NCBI GenBank assembly: GCA_035457005.1
Contig: DATICB010000008.1
Span: 1,013 to 65,012, forward strand
DNA from: Patescibacteria group bacterium
Lineage (GTDB): Bacteria; Patescibacteriota; Microgenomatia; Levybacterales; UBA12049
Direction of reading: 5' to 3'
Length of the DNA stretch: 64,000 nucleotides
Notes under the pieces: model-generated
Told to the model about the DNA's origin: nothing
Database searches by the model: none
Seen by the model: the letters and a program-made list of their open reading frames with translations, nothing else
Shown here: positions 39,347 to 52,146 of the stretch, in pieces
How positions within the stretch are numbered: position 1 is the first letter of the stretch
How the letters are laid out: every line of letters begins with the position of its first letter
Program-made: the position numbers and the translations under genes

Positions 39347-42300
39347 ATGACAGCAGATTTTGTTCATCTTCACAATCATTCAGAATTTTCACTCCTTGAC
39401 GGGTTATCCAAAGTAAAAAAAATGGTTGCCCGTGCAAAAGAGTTGAATATGAAAGCCCTGGCAATTACCGACCATGGGTCAATGTACGGGACAATCTATT
39501 TTTACAAAGCATGCCTTGAAGCAGGAATCAAACCTATTATTGGGTGTGAAATTTACATAACTGCTGGGAGTAGATTTGAAAAAGGAGAAAAAGGATATAA
39601 CCACCTTATTCTGCTTGCAGAAAATAATATAGGGTACAAAAATTTAATGAAAATAGTATCCAAGGCACATTTGGAAGGATATTATTATAAACCACGAACA
39701 GACTTAGATTTACTCAGAGAGCACCATGAAGGCATTATCTGTTTGTCTGCATGTGTCAATGGATTTGTTTCAGAGCCACTTCTTGATGGACAACAGCAAG
39801 AAGCAGAAAAACGGGCCAAAGCACTGAGTGACATTTTTGGGAAAGATCATTTTTACTTAGAATTGCAACAGCATATTCATGTTCCACCACAAGAAAAACT
39901 CAATCCACTTCTTATTGCAATGAGCAAAAAATTGGGTATTCCTTTGACCGCAACAAATGATAACCACTACACCAATGCCAATGACGCAGAGGCACAAGAA
40001 ATTCTCCTTTGCATTCAAACACAAACAACAATTGATACCCCAAATAGAAAATTGTCTATGATTGACTCCCCTGATTTTTACATGAAATCGCAAGACGAAA
40101 TGGAAAGTCTTTTTGCCCAAACCCCCGAAGCAGTGACCAATACAGGAAAAATTGCAGATATGTGTCAGGTGGACATAACACTAGGAAAATGGGTTATGCC
40201 AAAATACGAAATTCCAGAAGGTACTACACTGGATGAGTATTTGGAAAAACATGTTTTTGAAGGAGCAAAAAAACGATATGGCGATGTGACAGAAGAAATA
40301 AAAGAGCGTATTGCATATGAGCTGTCAGTAATTTTTAAGAAAGGCTATTCTACATATTTTTTAACAGTTGCGGATTTTGTTAACTGGGCCAAAGATCATG
40401 GCATTAGTGTGGGTCCAGGAAGAGGCTCAGCAGCAGGAAGTGTTGTCTCGTATTGTCTGAATATTACCGACATAGATCCATTCTTTTTTAAACTGCCTTT
40501 TGAAAGATTTTTGAATCCACAAAGACCTTCTGCGCCAGATATTGATTTGGATTTTGCAGACACAAGACGTGAGGAAGTCATTCAATACGTTACACAAAAA
40601 TACGGTGCAGATAAAGTTGCACAAATTATTACTTTTGGTACTATGGAAGCCAAAGGCTCTGTCCGCGATGTCGGCCGTGCTCTTGGCATGCCATATGCAG
40701 GACCAGACAGAATTTCCAAAATGATTCCTTTGGGCTGGCAGGGACACGCAATGACCTTAGACACTGCGCTTGAGCAATCTCCAGATTTAAAACGAGCATA
40801 CAATTCCGAAGAGGAAACAAGACGTCTTATTGATTTGGCAAAAAATATAGAAGGCGTTGTACGACACGCATCTGTCCATGCAGCGGGTGTGGTCATTGCA
40901 GACAAACCGCTTACCGAATATGTGCCGATCCAACGAGAGCCAAACGGTGGAGAAAAAATTGTTACTCAGTATGACATGTATACAGTCGGCGAAGACGGTG
41001 TTGGACTTTTAAAAATGGATTTTTTGGGTCTTCGCAATCTTACCATTATTGAAGAAGCCTTAAAATTTATTAAACAAACCAGAAATATAGATATTAATAT
41101 TTCAACAGTCCCCCTTGACGATGAGAGAACCTACAATCTTTTGGCAAGCGGTGAAACAACTGGTATTTTCCAACTAGAATCTGCTGGCATGAGACGTTAT
41201 ATTAAAGATCTTAAACCAACGGCAATTTATGATCTCATGGCCATGGTCGCACTATACAGACCAGGCCCTATGGCAAATATTCCAGAATTTATTGCCCGCA
41301 AACACAATCCCAAACTTATCGCTTTCCCCGATCCACGTCTTACCGATGCGCTGCAACAATCTTACGGTATGCTTGTCTACCAGGATGATGTTTTACTTAC
41401 GACTATTCAACTTGCAGGCTATACCTGGCTTGACGCGGACAAATTCCGTAAGGCAATGGGTAAAAAAATTCCCAGTGAAATGAAAAAGCAGAAAGAGAAA
41501 TTTCTCACAGGTGCTGTAGAAAACGGATTGTCACAAAAACGTGCAGACGAAATCTACGAGCTAATCGCTCCTTTTGCAGGGTATGGATTTAATAAAGCCC
41601 ATGCTGCATGTTATGCAACCATTGCCTACCGAACAGCATATCTTAAGGCAAATTACTCAGTGGAATTTATGACTGCACTTCTCACTGCAGAATCCAGAGG
41701 GACCACAGGCCCAACAAAAGCCGAGAAAATTTCCCAAGCAGTTGCAGAATGTAAAAGATTGTCAATTACTGTCTTGCCACCAGACATCAATGCGTCAGAA
41801 GCAGAATTTTCTATTGAAGAAAATTCAAAAATTCGTTTTGGACTTTCTGCTATTAAAAATGTTGGGGGCGCTGCTATTACAACAATTCTTGGCGCAAGAA
41901 GTAATGGACCATTTCTGTCTCTAGATGATTTCTGCAAAAGGGTTGATTTGGGTGCAGTTAACAAAAAAACACTTGAGTCACTGATTAAAGCAGGTGCTAT
42001 GGATAGATTTGGTAATCGCGCTATGCTTTTGGCTTCCCAAATAGATGTGGCAGAAAAAATTGCCAAAACCAAAAAACAGCAATCCGAGGGACAAGATTCT
42101 TTATTTGGCGACATGGATGAAACCATTACTATGAAAGAATCTATCGATTATTCAGATATTGACGATTTTTCTCATAACGAAAAATTGGCATTTGAAAAAG
42201 AGTTTTTAGGATTTTACCTAACAGCGCATCCGCAAGCAAAATATTTGGAAACAATAAAAAAAGTTATTACCCATGACTTAGATTTATTACCAGAAGAAAA

Positions 42301-42562
42301 CGGTGTGATAGTAAAAATTGGTGGCATTGTAGAGCAGGTAAAGCGTATTTTTACGAGAAAATCCAATGCAGAAATGGCATTTGTTGCCATTGCCAACGAA
42401 AAAGGCACTGTTATTGAATGTGTTGTTTTTCCAAAAGTATTTGATATGTACCGCGAAATTTTACTCCCTGATACTGTTTTACTCTTTGAAGGAAAATTAG
42501 ACAGCAAAGACGATCGACCGGTACTTATTGTAAATTCTATCTCCAAACCACAGGTAGTATGA
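39347..42562 (+). CDS. dnaE: DNA polymerase III alpha subunit
   Basis: PHP domain HLHNHSEFSLLDG, polymerase core, OB-fold C-terminus; 1071 aa. Confidence 0.9.
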   Translation: MTADFVHLHNHSEFSLLDGLSKVKKMVARAKELNMKALAITDHGSMYGTIYFYKACLEAGIKPIIGCEIYITAGSRFEKGEKGYNHLILLAENNIGYKNLMKIVSKAHLEGYYYKPRTDLDLLREHHEGIICLSACVNGFVSEPLLDGQQQEAEKRAKALSDIFGKDHFYLELQQHIHVPPQEKLNPLLIAMSKKLGIPLTATNDNHYTNANDAEAQEILLCIQTQTTIDTPNRKLSMIDSPDFYMKSQDEMESLFAQTPEAVTNTGKIADMCQVDITLGKWVMPKYEIPEGTTLDEYLEKHVFEGAKKRYGDVTEEIKERIAYELSVIFKKGYSTYFLTVADFVNWAKDHGISVGPGRGSAAGSVVSYCLNITDIDPFFFKLPFERFLNPQRPSAPDIDLDFADTRREEVIQYVTQKYGADKVAQIITFGTMEAKGSVRDVGRALGMPYAGPDRISKMIPLGWQGHAMTLDTALEQSPDLKRAYNSEEETRRLIDLAKNIEGVVRHASVHAAGVVIADKPLTEYVPIQREPNGGEKIVTQYDMYTVGEDGVGLLKMDFLGLRNLTIIEEALKFIKQTRNIDINISTVPLDDERTYNLLASGETTGIFQLESAGMRRYIKDLKPTAIYDLMAMVALYRPGPMANIPEFIARKHNPKLIAFPDPRLTDALQQSYGMLVYQDDVLLTTIQLAGYTWLDADKFRKAMGKKIPSEMKKQKEKFLTGAVENGLSQKRADEIYELIAPFAGYGFNKAHAACYATIAYRTAYLKANYSVEFMTALLTAESRGTTGPTKAEKISQAVAECKRLSITVLPPDINASEAEFSIEENSKIRFGLSAIKNVGGAAITTILGARSNGPFLSLDDFCKRVDLGAVNKKTLESLIKAGAMDRFGNRAMLLASQIDVAEKIAKTKKQQSEGQDSLFGDMDETITMKESIDYSDIDDFSHNEKLAFEKEFLGFYLTAHPQAKYLETIKKVITHDLDLLPEENGVIVKIGGIVEQVKRIFTRKSNAEMAFVAIANEKGTVIECVVFPKVFDMYREILLPDTVLLFEGKLDSKDDRPVLIVNSISKPQVV

Positions 42563-43311
42563 AATACAAGGCACTTCTTATTGATTTTGACGGAACAACA
42601 ATTAAAAATGGACAATACGCTCGCCCAACACCACGTGTTATTAATGCGATACAAAAAGCAAAAGAAAAATTACTTGTGTGTGGGGCGACGGGAAGGCCAA
42701 TGTCAACTGCGAAGTGGATTTTTGATGATTTACATCTCATCAGTCCATCCATTATTTCTGCGGGTACAAAAATTGTAAACCCTACTTCAGGAGACATATT
42801 GTGGCAAATTATGATGAAAAAAGATACTGTGGCAGCGGTCTTAAAAGTTGCTGAAAAATACCCTTTTGAAATTATTACAGAAAGTCAGCTAACCACCTTC
42901 CCCTGGCAAAAAAAGAGACTACTTCAAGATGAGAGTGTTATCTACATTGTTGAAGTACCACTTGAGAACAGTAAGAAAATTATTTCAGAACTGGCACAGA
43001 TTCCTAACACCGCACTCCACTTAGTCAAAGGGTATGGTCTTAATCATTTAGATATTCATATGACAGACAGTAATGGCACGAAGGAAAAAGCAATAGAGAA
43101 ATTATGCGAAATTATTCATGTAACAAAACAGGAAATTATTGGTGTTGGAGACAGTTTTAACGATCTGCCCTTATTTAATAGTGTTGGTCTCAAAGTTGCC
43201 ATGGGCAATGCAGTTGATGAATTAAAAGAAAAAGCAGATTACATAACAGGCCATGTGAACAATGATGGACTGGCCCAAGCAATTGAGAAATTTATTCTAA
43301 ATCCTTCTTGA
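42559..43311 (+). CDS. HAD-superfamily (Cof-type IIB) hydrolase
   Basis: LIDFDGTT motif I, GDSFNDLPLF motif IV. Confidence 0.75.
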   Translation: MKYKALLIDFDGTTIKNGQYARPTPRVINAIQKAKEKLLVCGATGRPMSTAKWIFDDLHLISPSIISAGTKIVNPTSGDILWQIMMKKDTVAAVLKVAEKYPFEIITESQLTTFPWQKKRLLQDESVIYIVEVPLENSKKIISELAQIPNTALHLVKGYGLNHLDIHMTDSNGTKEKAIEKLCEIIHVTKQEIIGVGDSFNDLPLFNSVGLKVAMGNAVDELKEKADYITGHVNNDGLAQAIEKFILNPS

Positions 43312-43342
43312 ACCTGCAACGTCCCCTTGATACAATAGACGC

Positions 43343-44074
43343 ATGGCTGCAGAACTTGCTGCTGAAACACTCTTGAGAATTGGTCCATTGCCACTGACCA
43401 ATACCCTTTTGCACACTTTTTTTGTTGATGGGTTGGTTATTGCAGGTATTGTTGTACTGAAAAAGCAAGTAAAACTTATTCCAGGCATGTTTCAGAATGC
43501 AGTTGAGCTAGTGGTTGAAGGCTTGTACGATCTTACAACATCTATTAGCCCAAAGAGTGCTGCTGCTATTTTTCCTTGGTTTATGTCTTTTTTTGTTTTT
43601 ATTCTTGTTGCCAACTGGACATCTCTTTTTCCGGGATTTGGAACTATTTTTTTCAAGACTCCAGAAGGATCAGTACCACTACTTCGCTCAGCAGCAAGTG
43701 ATCTTAATTTTACCCTAGGACTCGCACTTGTTAGTGCTGTGGCAACACATATTCTGGCAATACGGGCAGTTGGTGTATGGGACTATTTAAGTAGATATTT
43801 TTCTCTCAATCCTATCTTTTTATTCGTTGGTATTTTAGAGCTTGTTGGTGAAATAACAAAAGTCATCTCGCTTTCTTTCCGACTTTTTGGTAATATATTT
43901 GCGGGCGAAGTGGTATTGTCAACGGTTAGCAAGATGTTTGCATTTGTTTTACCACTTCCCTTTTTGAGTTTGGAAATTATTGTGGGTCTTGTTCAGGCAC
44001 TTGTTTTTGCAATCCTGACTATGGCATTTATGGCAATTCTTGCTACACCACATCACGAAGGAGGTGAACATTAA
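43343..44074 (+). CDS. atpB: F0F1 ATP synthase subunit a
   Basis: LSFRLFGNIFAGE with essential Arg; 5 TM helices. Confidence 0.85.
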   Translation: MAAELAAETLLRIGPLPLTNTLLHTFFVDGLVIAGIVVLKKQVKLIPGMFQNAVELVVEGLYDLTTSISPKSAAAIFPWFMSFFVFILVANWTSLFPGFGTIFFKTPEGSVPLLRSAASDLNFTLGLALVSAVATHILAIRAVGVWDYLSRYFSLNPIFLFVGILELVGEITKVISLSFRLFGNIFAGEVVLSTVSKMFAFVLPLPFLSLEIIVGLVQALVFAILTMAFMAILATPHHEGGEH

Positions 44075-44284
<210 letters not shown>

Positions 44285-44309
44285 GAAGTGCTTGGAGTTT
44301 ATATTCCAA

Positions 44310-44345
44310 GTAAAACGAGAAACAGTCGTTTTTCGTTTTACTCAG
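44310..44345 (+). repeat. hairpin GTAAAACGA...TCGTTTTAC + ACTCAGAAT tail (fragment of type III element)
   Basis: 9-bp perfect inverted repeat; 17-mer TTCGTTTTACTCAGAAT identical to 30912-30928; ends ~10 nt before atpF ATG. Confidence 0.55.
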
Positions 44346-44355
44346 AATTATAAAT

Positions 44356-44853
44356 ATGGACATTTTGAAAAATTTTGGCGTTGACCCAATTTTATTGGCA
44401 GCACAAATTGTTAACTTTTTAATAATTTTCTACCTGCTCAAACGTTTTGCGTACAAACCAATTCTTCAAATCTTACAAAAAAGACGCGATCTTATTGAAG
44501 AAGGCGTTACCAACGCACAAAAATCCGAAGCATCACTTCAACATGCACTAGAAAAAGAAAAAGAGCTTCTTAAAAAAGCACAGGCAACATCAACAGGAAT
44601 CCTTGCTGATGCACAAAAGCAAGCACAAGAAAATATTGCTACAGCAGAAGAAGAAGCAAAGAAACGTGTTGCCAAAATGCTTGAAGATGCCAAAAAAGAA
44701 ATTGAAGAACAGACAGACCTGGCAGAAAAACAGCTTTCCAAGCACACTGCATCTCTTGCAGTAGCACTTTTGGAAAAATCGTTGCATGGTCTTGTTGACA
44801 AAAGGGCAGAAAAAGAAGTTTTGGGAAAAGTTGCAAAGAAATTGACACGATAA
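44356..44853 (+). CDS. atpF: F0F1 ATP synthase subunit b
   Basis: N-terminal TM helix + long charged coiled coil; operon position. Confidence 0.75.
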   Translation: MDILKNFGVDPILLAAQIVNFLIIFYLLKRFAYKPILQILQKRRDLIEEGVTNAQKSEASLQHALEKEKELLKKAQATSTGILADAQKQAQENIATAEEEAKKRVAKMLEDAKKEIEEQTDLAEKQLSKHTASLAVALLEKSLHGLVDKRAEKEVLGKVAKKLTR

Positions 44854-44874
44854 GTTATAATTTTAAACTTATTG

Positions 44875-44931
44875 TGTCATCCTGAGCAAAGCGAAGGATC
44901 TTATTGAGATTCCGGGTAAACCAGAATGACA
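44875..44931 (+). mobile_element. MITE-like palindromic element type III in atpF-atpH spacer
   Basis: TGTCATCCTGAGCAAAGCGAAGGATC...CCAGAATGACA, followed by two more ATGACA repeats the last of which supplies the atpH ATG. Confidence 0.75.
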
Positions 44932-44939
44932 CATGACAT

Positions 44940-45272
44940 ATGACAAAAAAAACAATAACAGAATTAGTGAAGGCAAGTTATACAAAAGAGATACTGAATA
45001 GCAAAAAAGTTGAAAGGATTGTCAAGCTTTTGTCGCGTTCTGATTTAAAACAATATATTCGAGGACTGAAGCTTTTTGAAAAATCTCGCACAATTTCTCT
45101 TGTTTTACCAGACAAAAAATTTTATAATAAGACATTGTTGGGAAATATAAAAAAACAAGTGAGACTTATTGAGGACAAATCATTACTTTTAGGAGCAAAA
45201 ATTATTGATAATGATATGGTCTACGATATGAGTCTTAAGAATAATTTGGATACATTTTTACAAAGTCTATGA
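44940..45272 (+). CDS. atpH: F0F1 ATP synthase delta subunit (short form)
   Basis: C-terminal [28 protein letters not shown] matches delta C-terminus; only 110 aa; operon position between b and alpha. Confidence 0.5.
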   Translation: MTKKTITELVKASYTKEILNSKKVERIVKLLSRSDLKQYIRGLKLFEKSRTISLVLPDKKFYNKTLLGNIKKQVRLIEDKSLLLGAKIIDNDMVYDMSLKNNLDTFLQSL

Positions 45273-46783
45273 ATTCCGATGACATTATTAAAAAGCTAGA
45301 AAACAAACTTTCCTCTTTAGAGGTTTCTGGAAAAGCACAAAATGTTGGTGTTGTTGAAACAATTGGCGACAATGTTGTTGTTGCAAGCGGTTTATCTAAA
45401 GCACAAATGGGCGAGCAAGTTGTTTTCCAAGATGGCACCCCTGGTTTAATCCTTAACCTCGACGAAGATAGCGTGTCTATTGTTTTACTTGACAGATCGG
45501 AAAAATTAAAAGAAGGAGACACAGTCAAAACAACCGGACAGTTGCTTACTATTAAAGCACACGAAGATTTACTTGGTAGAGTGATTAATCCTGTTGGTAA
45601 GCCAATTGATGGCAAATCAGAATTAAAACGAGGCAAAGACATGCCACTTGAAAGAATTGCTGCAGGCGTTATTGACAGACAACCAGTCGATACACCACTC
45701 AAAACAGGCGTTAAAGCCATTGATTCACTTATCCCAATTGGACGAGGTCAAAGAGAATTAATTATTGGAGACAGAGGATTGGGAAAAACAGCAGTTGCCA
45801 TTGACACCATTATTAATCAGAAAAATGCTGCAAAAGAAGGCGGCAAAAGAGTTTTGTGCGTGTATGTTGCTATTGGTCAAAAGCAATCAACAGTTGCACA
45901 AGTTGTTGAAAAATTAAAAGAACACGACAGCATGGACTACACCATTGTTGTTAATGCAGGCGCATCAGATCCAGCGTCTTTGCAGTATTTAGCACCGTAC
46001 GCAGGCGTAGCAATTGCTGAATACTTTATGGAAAAAGGAGAAGATGTCTTAATTGTCTATGACGATTTAACCAAACACGCATGGGCATGGAGAAATTTGT
46101 CACTCGTGTTAAAGCGTCCAGCTGGAAGAGAAGCATACCCAGGAGATGTTTTTTACCTTCATTCAAGACTTCTTGAACGTGCAGTAAGACTTTCAGACAA
46201 ACTTGGTGGCGGATCAATTACTGCACTTCCTGTGATTGAAACACAAGCAAATGATATTTCTGCATACATTCCGACCAATGTTATTTCCATTACTGATGGC
46301 CAGATTTTCTTGGTTTCTGATCTTTTCAACTCAGGTATTCGCCCAGCAGTTGATGTTGGAAATTCAGTATCAAGAGTTGGAGGCGCAGCGCAGACTGGTG
46401 CTATGAAGTCAGTGTCTGGAAGAATCAAGCTAGAATTGGCACAGTATCGAGAATTAGCAGTATTCGCACAATTCGGAAGCGAGCTGGATGCAGCAACACT
46501 GGCTCAGCTGGAAAGAGGAAAACGGCTTACAGAAATGCTCAAACAGCCACAATACAACCCACTTCCCGAAGCTTTGGAGGTCTTGTCTATTTGGGTTGTT
46601 ACAAATGGCTATACAGACGATGTAAAAGTGGAAGATATTCTTAAATTTGAAAAAGAATATCATGCCTACGTAAAAACTCATGACAAAAAATTATTGGAAA
46701 GACTTTCTTCTGGTAAAAAAGTAGACGACGAAACAGCGGAACAATTGAAAAAGATTACCGTTGCGTTTAAGAAGACATTTTAA
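45269..46783 (+). CDS. atpA: F0F1 ATP synthase alpha subunit
   Basis: Walker A GDRGLGKT, 504 aa. Confidence 0.95.
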   Translation: MNSDDIIKKLENKLSSLEVSGKAQNVGVVETIGDNVVVASGLSKAQMGEQVVFQDGTPGLILNLDEDSVSIVLLDRSEKLKEGDTVKTTGQLLTIKAHEDLLGRVINPVGKPIDGKSELKRGKDMPLERIAAGVIDRQPVDTPLKTGVKAIDSLIPIGRGQRELIIGDRGLGKTAVAIDTIINQKNAAKEGGKRVLCVYVAIGQKQSTVAQVVEKLKEHDSMDYTIVVNAGASDPASLQYLAPYAGVAIAEYFMEKGEDVLIVYDDLTKHAWAWRNLSLVLKRPAGREAYPGDVFYLHSRLLERAVRLSDKLGGGSITALPVIETQANDISAYIPTNVISITDGQIFLVSDLFNSGIRPAVDVGNSVSRVGGAAQTGAMKSVSGRIKLELAQYRELAVFAQFGSELDAATLAQLERGKRLTEMLKQPQYNPLPEALEVLSIWVVTNGYTDDVKVEDILKFEKEYHAYVKTHDKKLLERLSSGKKVDDETAEQLKKITVAFKKTF

Positions 46784-46784
46784 T

Positions 46785-46860
46785 TGTCATTGCGAGGAGC
46801 GAAGCGACCCGGCAATCTTGTTATGTAGATAAGATTGCTTCGTATTCGTTCGCAATGACA
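46785..46860 (+). mobile_element. MITE-like palindromic element type II (full length) in atpA-atpG spacer
   Basis: TGTCATTGCGAGGAGCGAAGCGACCCGG CAATCTT-gttatgtagat-AAGATTG cttcgtattcgt TCGCAATGACA; 11-bp terminal inverted repeat plus internal 7-bp hairpin. Confidence 0.8.
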
Positions 46861-46874
46861 TTTTATTATAAGAT

Positions 46875-49144
<2,270 letters not shown>

Positions 49145-49154
49145 ACGCTCTCCT

Positions 49155-49218
49155 TGTCATCCCTGACTTGATCAGGGATCCAGGAATATAATAGATTCCT
49201 GCCTTCGCAGGAATGACA
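49155..49218 (+). mobile_element. MITE-like palindromic element type I in atpD-atpC spacer
   Basis: TGTCATCCCTGACTTGATCAGGGATCCAG gaatataatag ATTCCTGCCTTCGCAGGAATGACA; ends 8 nt before atpC ATG. Confidence 0.85.
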
Positions 49219-49225
49219 AAATACT

Positions 49226-49633
49226 ATGCCATTACAACTCACCGTCGTAACTCCAGAAAAACAACTTCTCTCAGAAGAAGTAGATGAAATCATTGTCCCA
49301 ACAACCAGTGGCGAGCTGACCATCTTACCCCAACACGCCGCGCTTTTAGCCCAGCTTGTCCCAGGTGAGTTGGTTATTAAAAAAGGTAACAAAACAGATC
49401 ACTTAGTCGTAGTTGGCGGGTTTTTGGAAGTTGGCAAGAATACCGTGAGTATTTTGGCTGACTATGCAGTCCATGGCAAAGATATCTCTGAAGCTCAGGC
49501 TCAACAGGCAAAAGATAGAGCAGAAAAAGCAATGAAAGAGAAAAAATCAGATGTTGATTTTGCAACTGCCGAGGCAGAATTTAGAAGAGCAATTTTAGAG
49601 CTAAAAGTTGCGAAGCGTCAAAAAGGAATCTAG
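49226..49633 (+). CDS. atpC: F0F1 ATP synthase epsilon subunit
   Basis: 135 aa, beta-sandwich N-domain (LQLTVVTPEKQLLSEEVDEIIVPTTSGELTILPQHA) + helical C-term. Confidence 0.85.
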   Translation: MPLQLTVVTPEKQLLSEEVDEIIVPTTSGELTILPQHAALLAQLVPGELVIKKGNKTDHLVVVGGFLEVGKNTVSILADYAVHGKDISEAQAQQAKDRAEKAMKEKKSDVDFATAEAEFRRAILELKVAKRQKGI

Positions 49634-49637
49634 CGAC

Positions 49638-50051
49638 TTATCTTCTGCGGCTATAGCGTCCAGTCACTATATTTGCCACAAAATGTTCTCCCGCATTGTA
49701 CGCAAGTTTTGTGAGAAGAAAGGTCGCGGTAGTAGCTAAAACAGGGTTTTCTGTAACCCATTGCATATCTGCTCCAGAGGATGATCCGAGAAAATCTTGG
49801 AAATGATTACTCGTATCTAGCACGCCGTGTGGCGCCATAATAACAGCGTAATCAATAGGAACCGCCAAAGCCAAACCCATTGAACTCGATAGATTCTCAT
49901 TGGCAACACTATTAACAACTACCCTTGTGGAAAGAGGAAGCAATAGATTAAATAAACCGGCTAGCCCACCCAGCGATGCAGAACCGCTCTCCGTACGTAC
50001 GACACGTGCTGCCTCAACCCCAGATGCTTGTCCTACTAGTTCTCCCAACAT
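49638..50051 (-). CDS. hypothetical protein (GC-richer)
   Basis: 137-aa ORF convergent with atp operon; no confident family. Confidence 0.3.
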   Translation of the reverse strand: MLGELVGQASGVEAARVVRTESGSASLGGLAGLFNLLLPLSTRVVVNSVANENLSSSMGLALAVPIDYAVIMAPHGVLDTSNHFQDFLGSSSGADMQWVTENPVLATTATFLLTKLAYNAGEHFVANIVTGRYSRRR

Positions 50052-50169
50052 AATTATAATGCATTATAGGAGCACTGAGGTTTTTCTCAATATATATCAA
50101 ATGTGAATAGACAATCATTCACTTGGGCAATACTATTCTTCTTTGTCTATTATTTAGCCTGTGATAAAT

Positions 50170-50592
50170 CTAGATATTTTCAAAACAATTTGTGATTGTC
50201 TTTTTCATATAGTCTGTCAACTCAAATTTCTCTACATCTTGCTCCGCAACCCACTGATATGCTTGATGTTCGTGAGAAAGAATTATCTCTTGCTCTTTAT
50301 TTACAAGTGTACAAAGAAAGGATATTTCTACGCGGTGAATTTTTTCATCTTTATTTTCCATAAAATAATCATCCACATGAAGCGGTTTCTCAACGATTAC
50401 TTCCAACCCCACTTCTTCTCGTAGCTCTCGCTCAAGTGCTTTTATTGGATGTTCACCAAAGTCTGTGCCACCACCCGGCAACTCCCACAATCCTGGCAAA
50501 AAATCATCGGTATTTGATCTTTTAACAAGCAACACTTCTTTTTTATCGTTTAAGATAAATCCACCCACAACTGACTGTTGGTACTGTTGCAT
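50170..50592 (-). CDS. NUDIX hydrolase
   Basis: Nudix box GGGTDFGEHPIKALERELREEVGL. Confidence 0.8.
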   Translation of the reverse strand: MQQYQQSVVGGFILNDKKEVLLVKRSNTDDFLPGLWELPGGGTDFGEHPIKALERELREEVGLEVIVEKPLHVDDYFMENKDEKIHRVEISFLCTLVNKEQEIILSHEHQAYQWVAEQDVEKFELTDYMKKTITNCFENI

Positions 50593-50651
50593 ACAGTGAG
50601 TATACCAAACTCACTTTTGCATGCAAATAAATAAACCATTAGTATTATTTT

Positions 50652-50891
50652 GTGAAGAAAATAATTACCGAAGTCCTTGGCTGGTACGGGACAATTGCCA
50701 TTGTTGGCGCATATGCATTGGTAAGTTTCTCTCTTATTAAATCTTCTAGTCTTTTGTATCAACTGCTCAATATAACTGGGTCACTTGGGATTGTTGCTAT
50801 TTCACTCAATAAAAAGGCTTATCAACCTGCTGTTTTGAATATTATTTGGGCTGTTATCGCAACAATTGCTATTTTTAGTCTTCTTCGATAA
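50652..50891 (+). CDS. small hypothetical membrane protein (2-3 TM)
   Basis: 79 aa, hydrophobic helices. Confidence 0.35.
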   Translation: MKKIITEVLGWYGTIAIVGAYALVSFSLIKSSSLLYQLLNITGSLGIVAISLNKKAYQPAVLNIIWAVIATIAIFSLLR

Positions 50892-50895
50892 ATTC

Positions 50896-50924
50896 TTGAT
50901 TTTTTTCTGCAAAAAAGATATACT
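50896..50924 (+). promoter_or_regulatory. promoter-like hexamers TTGATT-17-TATACT, 9 nt upstream of ATG 50934
   Basis: -35 and -10 hexamer pair with 17-nt spacing; no detectable SD. Confidence 0.4.
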
Positions 50925-50933
50925 GTCCACTCT

Positions 50934-51239
50934 ATGAAAAGACCATTGGAATCAAATCAACTTTCATTGCTTGCAGCTCCAACCAGAAGAGAAACGCCCA
51001 CAATTCAACCTGTTGTTTTTACCATCAATGGTGACAGAATGCATCCCGGTGATCGTTGGCCAGTAACAATTGACGGAACAACATATGAATTTTATTCTGA
51101 CCCTCATAATGCTGGGAATGATTCGTACGGCCCAGTCGGTGGATGGATTAAGACTGGATATTATCTAAGAGCTACGCATCCAAATTCAAGAAGACTTATT
51201 TTACCAAAAGGCGTAACTTGGGAGGACAGAACTTCGTAA
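50934..51239 (+). CDS. hypothetical protein (GC-rich cassette gene 1)
   Basis: 101 aa; GC-richer than flanks; no family. Confidence 0.35.
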   Translation: MKRPLESNQLSLLAAPTRRETPTIQPVVFTINGDRMHPGDRWPVTIDGTTYEFYSDPHNAGNDSYGPVGGWIKTGYYLRATHPNSRRLILPKGVTWEDRTS

Positions 51240-51246
51240 AATAGTT

Positions 51247-51462
51247 ATGGCAACAGATAGACAACCGTGTCCGAATGCAACATGTCCTCAGGGGAAGGTT
51301 CCAGGAATGGATGGCATACCTTATTGCGCATACGAGGCATACAGAATAAATCCAGCTCACCCCAGAGATTTTGAAACAGCAGGACAAACAATAGGGAGAC
51401 ACTGTCCTTTTGCTGCTGATGTAAGAGGTAGAGGGCAAAGAAACCCACCAAGAACATCTTAG
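51247..51462 (+). CDS. hypothetical small Cys-containing protein (GC-rich cassette gene 2)
   Basis: 71 aa with CPNATCP...C...C spacing suggestive of metal-binding knuckle. Confidence 0.3.
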   Translation: MATDRQPCPNATCPQGKVPGMDGIPYCAYEAYRINPAHPRDFETAGQTIGRHCPFAADVRGRGQRNPPRTS

Positions 51463-51486
51463 TCATTTTTGATATCTTCTGACATA

Positions 51487-51515
51487 TTGACTCTTTAGTA
51501 CGATCGTACTAATCT
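51487..51515 (+). promoter_or_regulatory. LexA-2 promoter-like hexamers with embedded 16-bp perfect palindrome TAGTACGATCGTACTA (AGTAC-N4-GTACT box)
   Basis: TTGACT(51487-92)-17-TAATCT(51510-15); palindrome 51496-51511 sits in the spacer; matches the RGTAC-N4-GTWCB box class. Confidence 0.5.
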
Positions 51516-51524
51516 TGATACAGA

Positions 51525-51559
51525 TGTCATCCTGAGCGAATAAAGTGAGTCGAAGGATC
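51525..51559 (+). repeat. truncated type III palindromic element in lexA-2 5' UTR
   Basis: TGTCATCCTGAGCGAAtaaagtgagtCGAAGGATC; head identical to 44875 copy, tail missing. Confidence 0.6.
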
Positions 51560-51571
51560 TCATCCTTGATT

Positions 51572-52138
51572 ATGGATCTCACAAAGGCTATAGAACAAAT
51601 TAGAAAATTCTTTGTTGCTCACAAAAGAATGCCAAGCTACCAGGAAATAGCTTTCTTATTTCATTATTCCACCAAAGCATCAAGTCAGCACTTAGTTAAA
51701 AAGTTGTTAGAACTGGGTGTACTGGACAAAGATGAGAATGGCAAGCTAGTGCCAAAAAATCTTTTTACTATCCCCAACCTTGGCATTATTAAAGCAGGCT
51801 ACCCAACTGTCGCGGACATGCAAGCAGATGCTATAGATGTGTATGATTATTTATTAAATAGAACAGGGACAGTATTTTCCCTTACGGTTAAAGGTGATTC
51901 GATGATAGACGAAGGAATTCACGAAGGTGACATTGTTATTATCGAGCGCGAACGATCTCCCCGCAATGGCGATGTAGTCGCTGCCCAAGTAGATAATGAA
52001 TGGACAGTGAAGTATTTTCAAGAAAAATTTGGAGAAATAACCCTTGTCCCTGCCAACAAAAATTATCCAATTATCAAGCCAAGGGAGTCATTGGAAATCG
52101 GTGGTGTTGTGGTGAGCGTTATTCGAAAGTATCACTAA
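51572..52138 (+). CDS. lexA: LexA repressor, paralog 2
   Basis: wHTH N-domain, S24 motifs VKGDSMIDEGIHEGD and ...TVKYF; start moved to MDLTKAIEQ (51572) because the tool ORF N-terminus (51545) is made of repeat-element sequence. Confidence 0.75.
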   Translation: MDLTKAIEQIRKFFVAHKRMPSYQEIAFLFHYSTKASSQHLVKKLLELGVLDKDENGKLVPKNLFTIPNLGIIKAGYPTVADMQADAIDVYDYLLNRTGTVFSLTVKGDSMIDEGIHEGDIVIIERERSPRNGDVVAAQVDNEWTVKYFQEKFGEITLVPANKNYPIIKPRESLEIGGVVVSVIRKYH

Positions 52139-52146
52139 AACCTTGT

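Noticed and set aside
44590-44853. Three overlapping minus-strand ORFs inside atpF (44538-44801, 44590-44787, 44639-44848)
   Set aside because: They are produced by the low-complexity Lys/Glu/Ala codon repeats of the b-subunit coiled coil. They are antisense artefacts.
51545-51571. N-terminal extension MSRRISSLI of the lexA-2 ORF
   Set aside because: These codons consist of palindromic-element sequence (GAGTCGAAGGATCTCATCC). LexA alignment supports the start at MDLTKAIEQ (51572).
52000-52146. 5' part of tool ORF 52000-52377
   Set aside because: It overlaps the 3' end of lexA-2 in another frame. Only the portion from ATG 52147 (after the lexA stop) is kept as a low-confidence small ORF.
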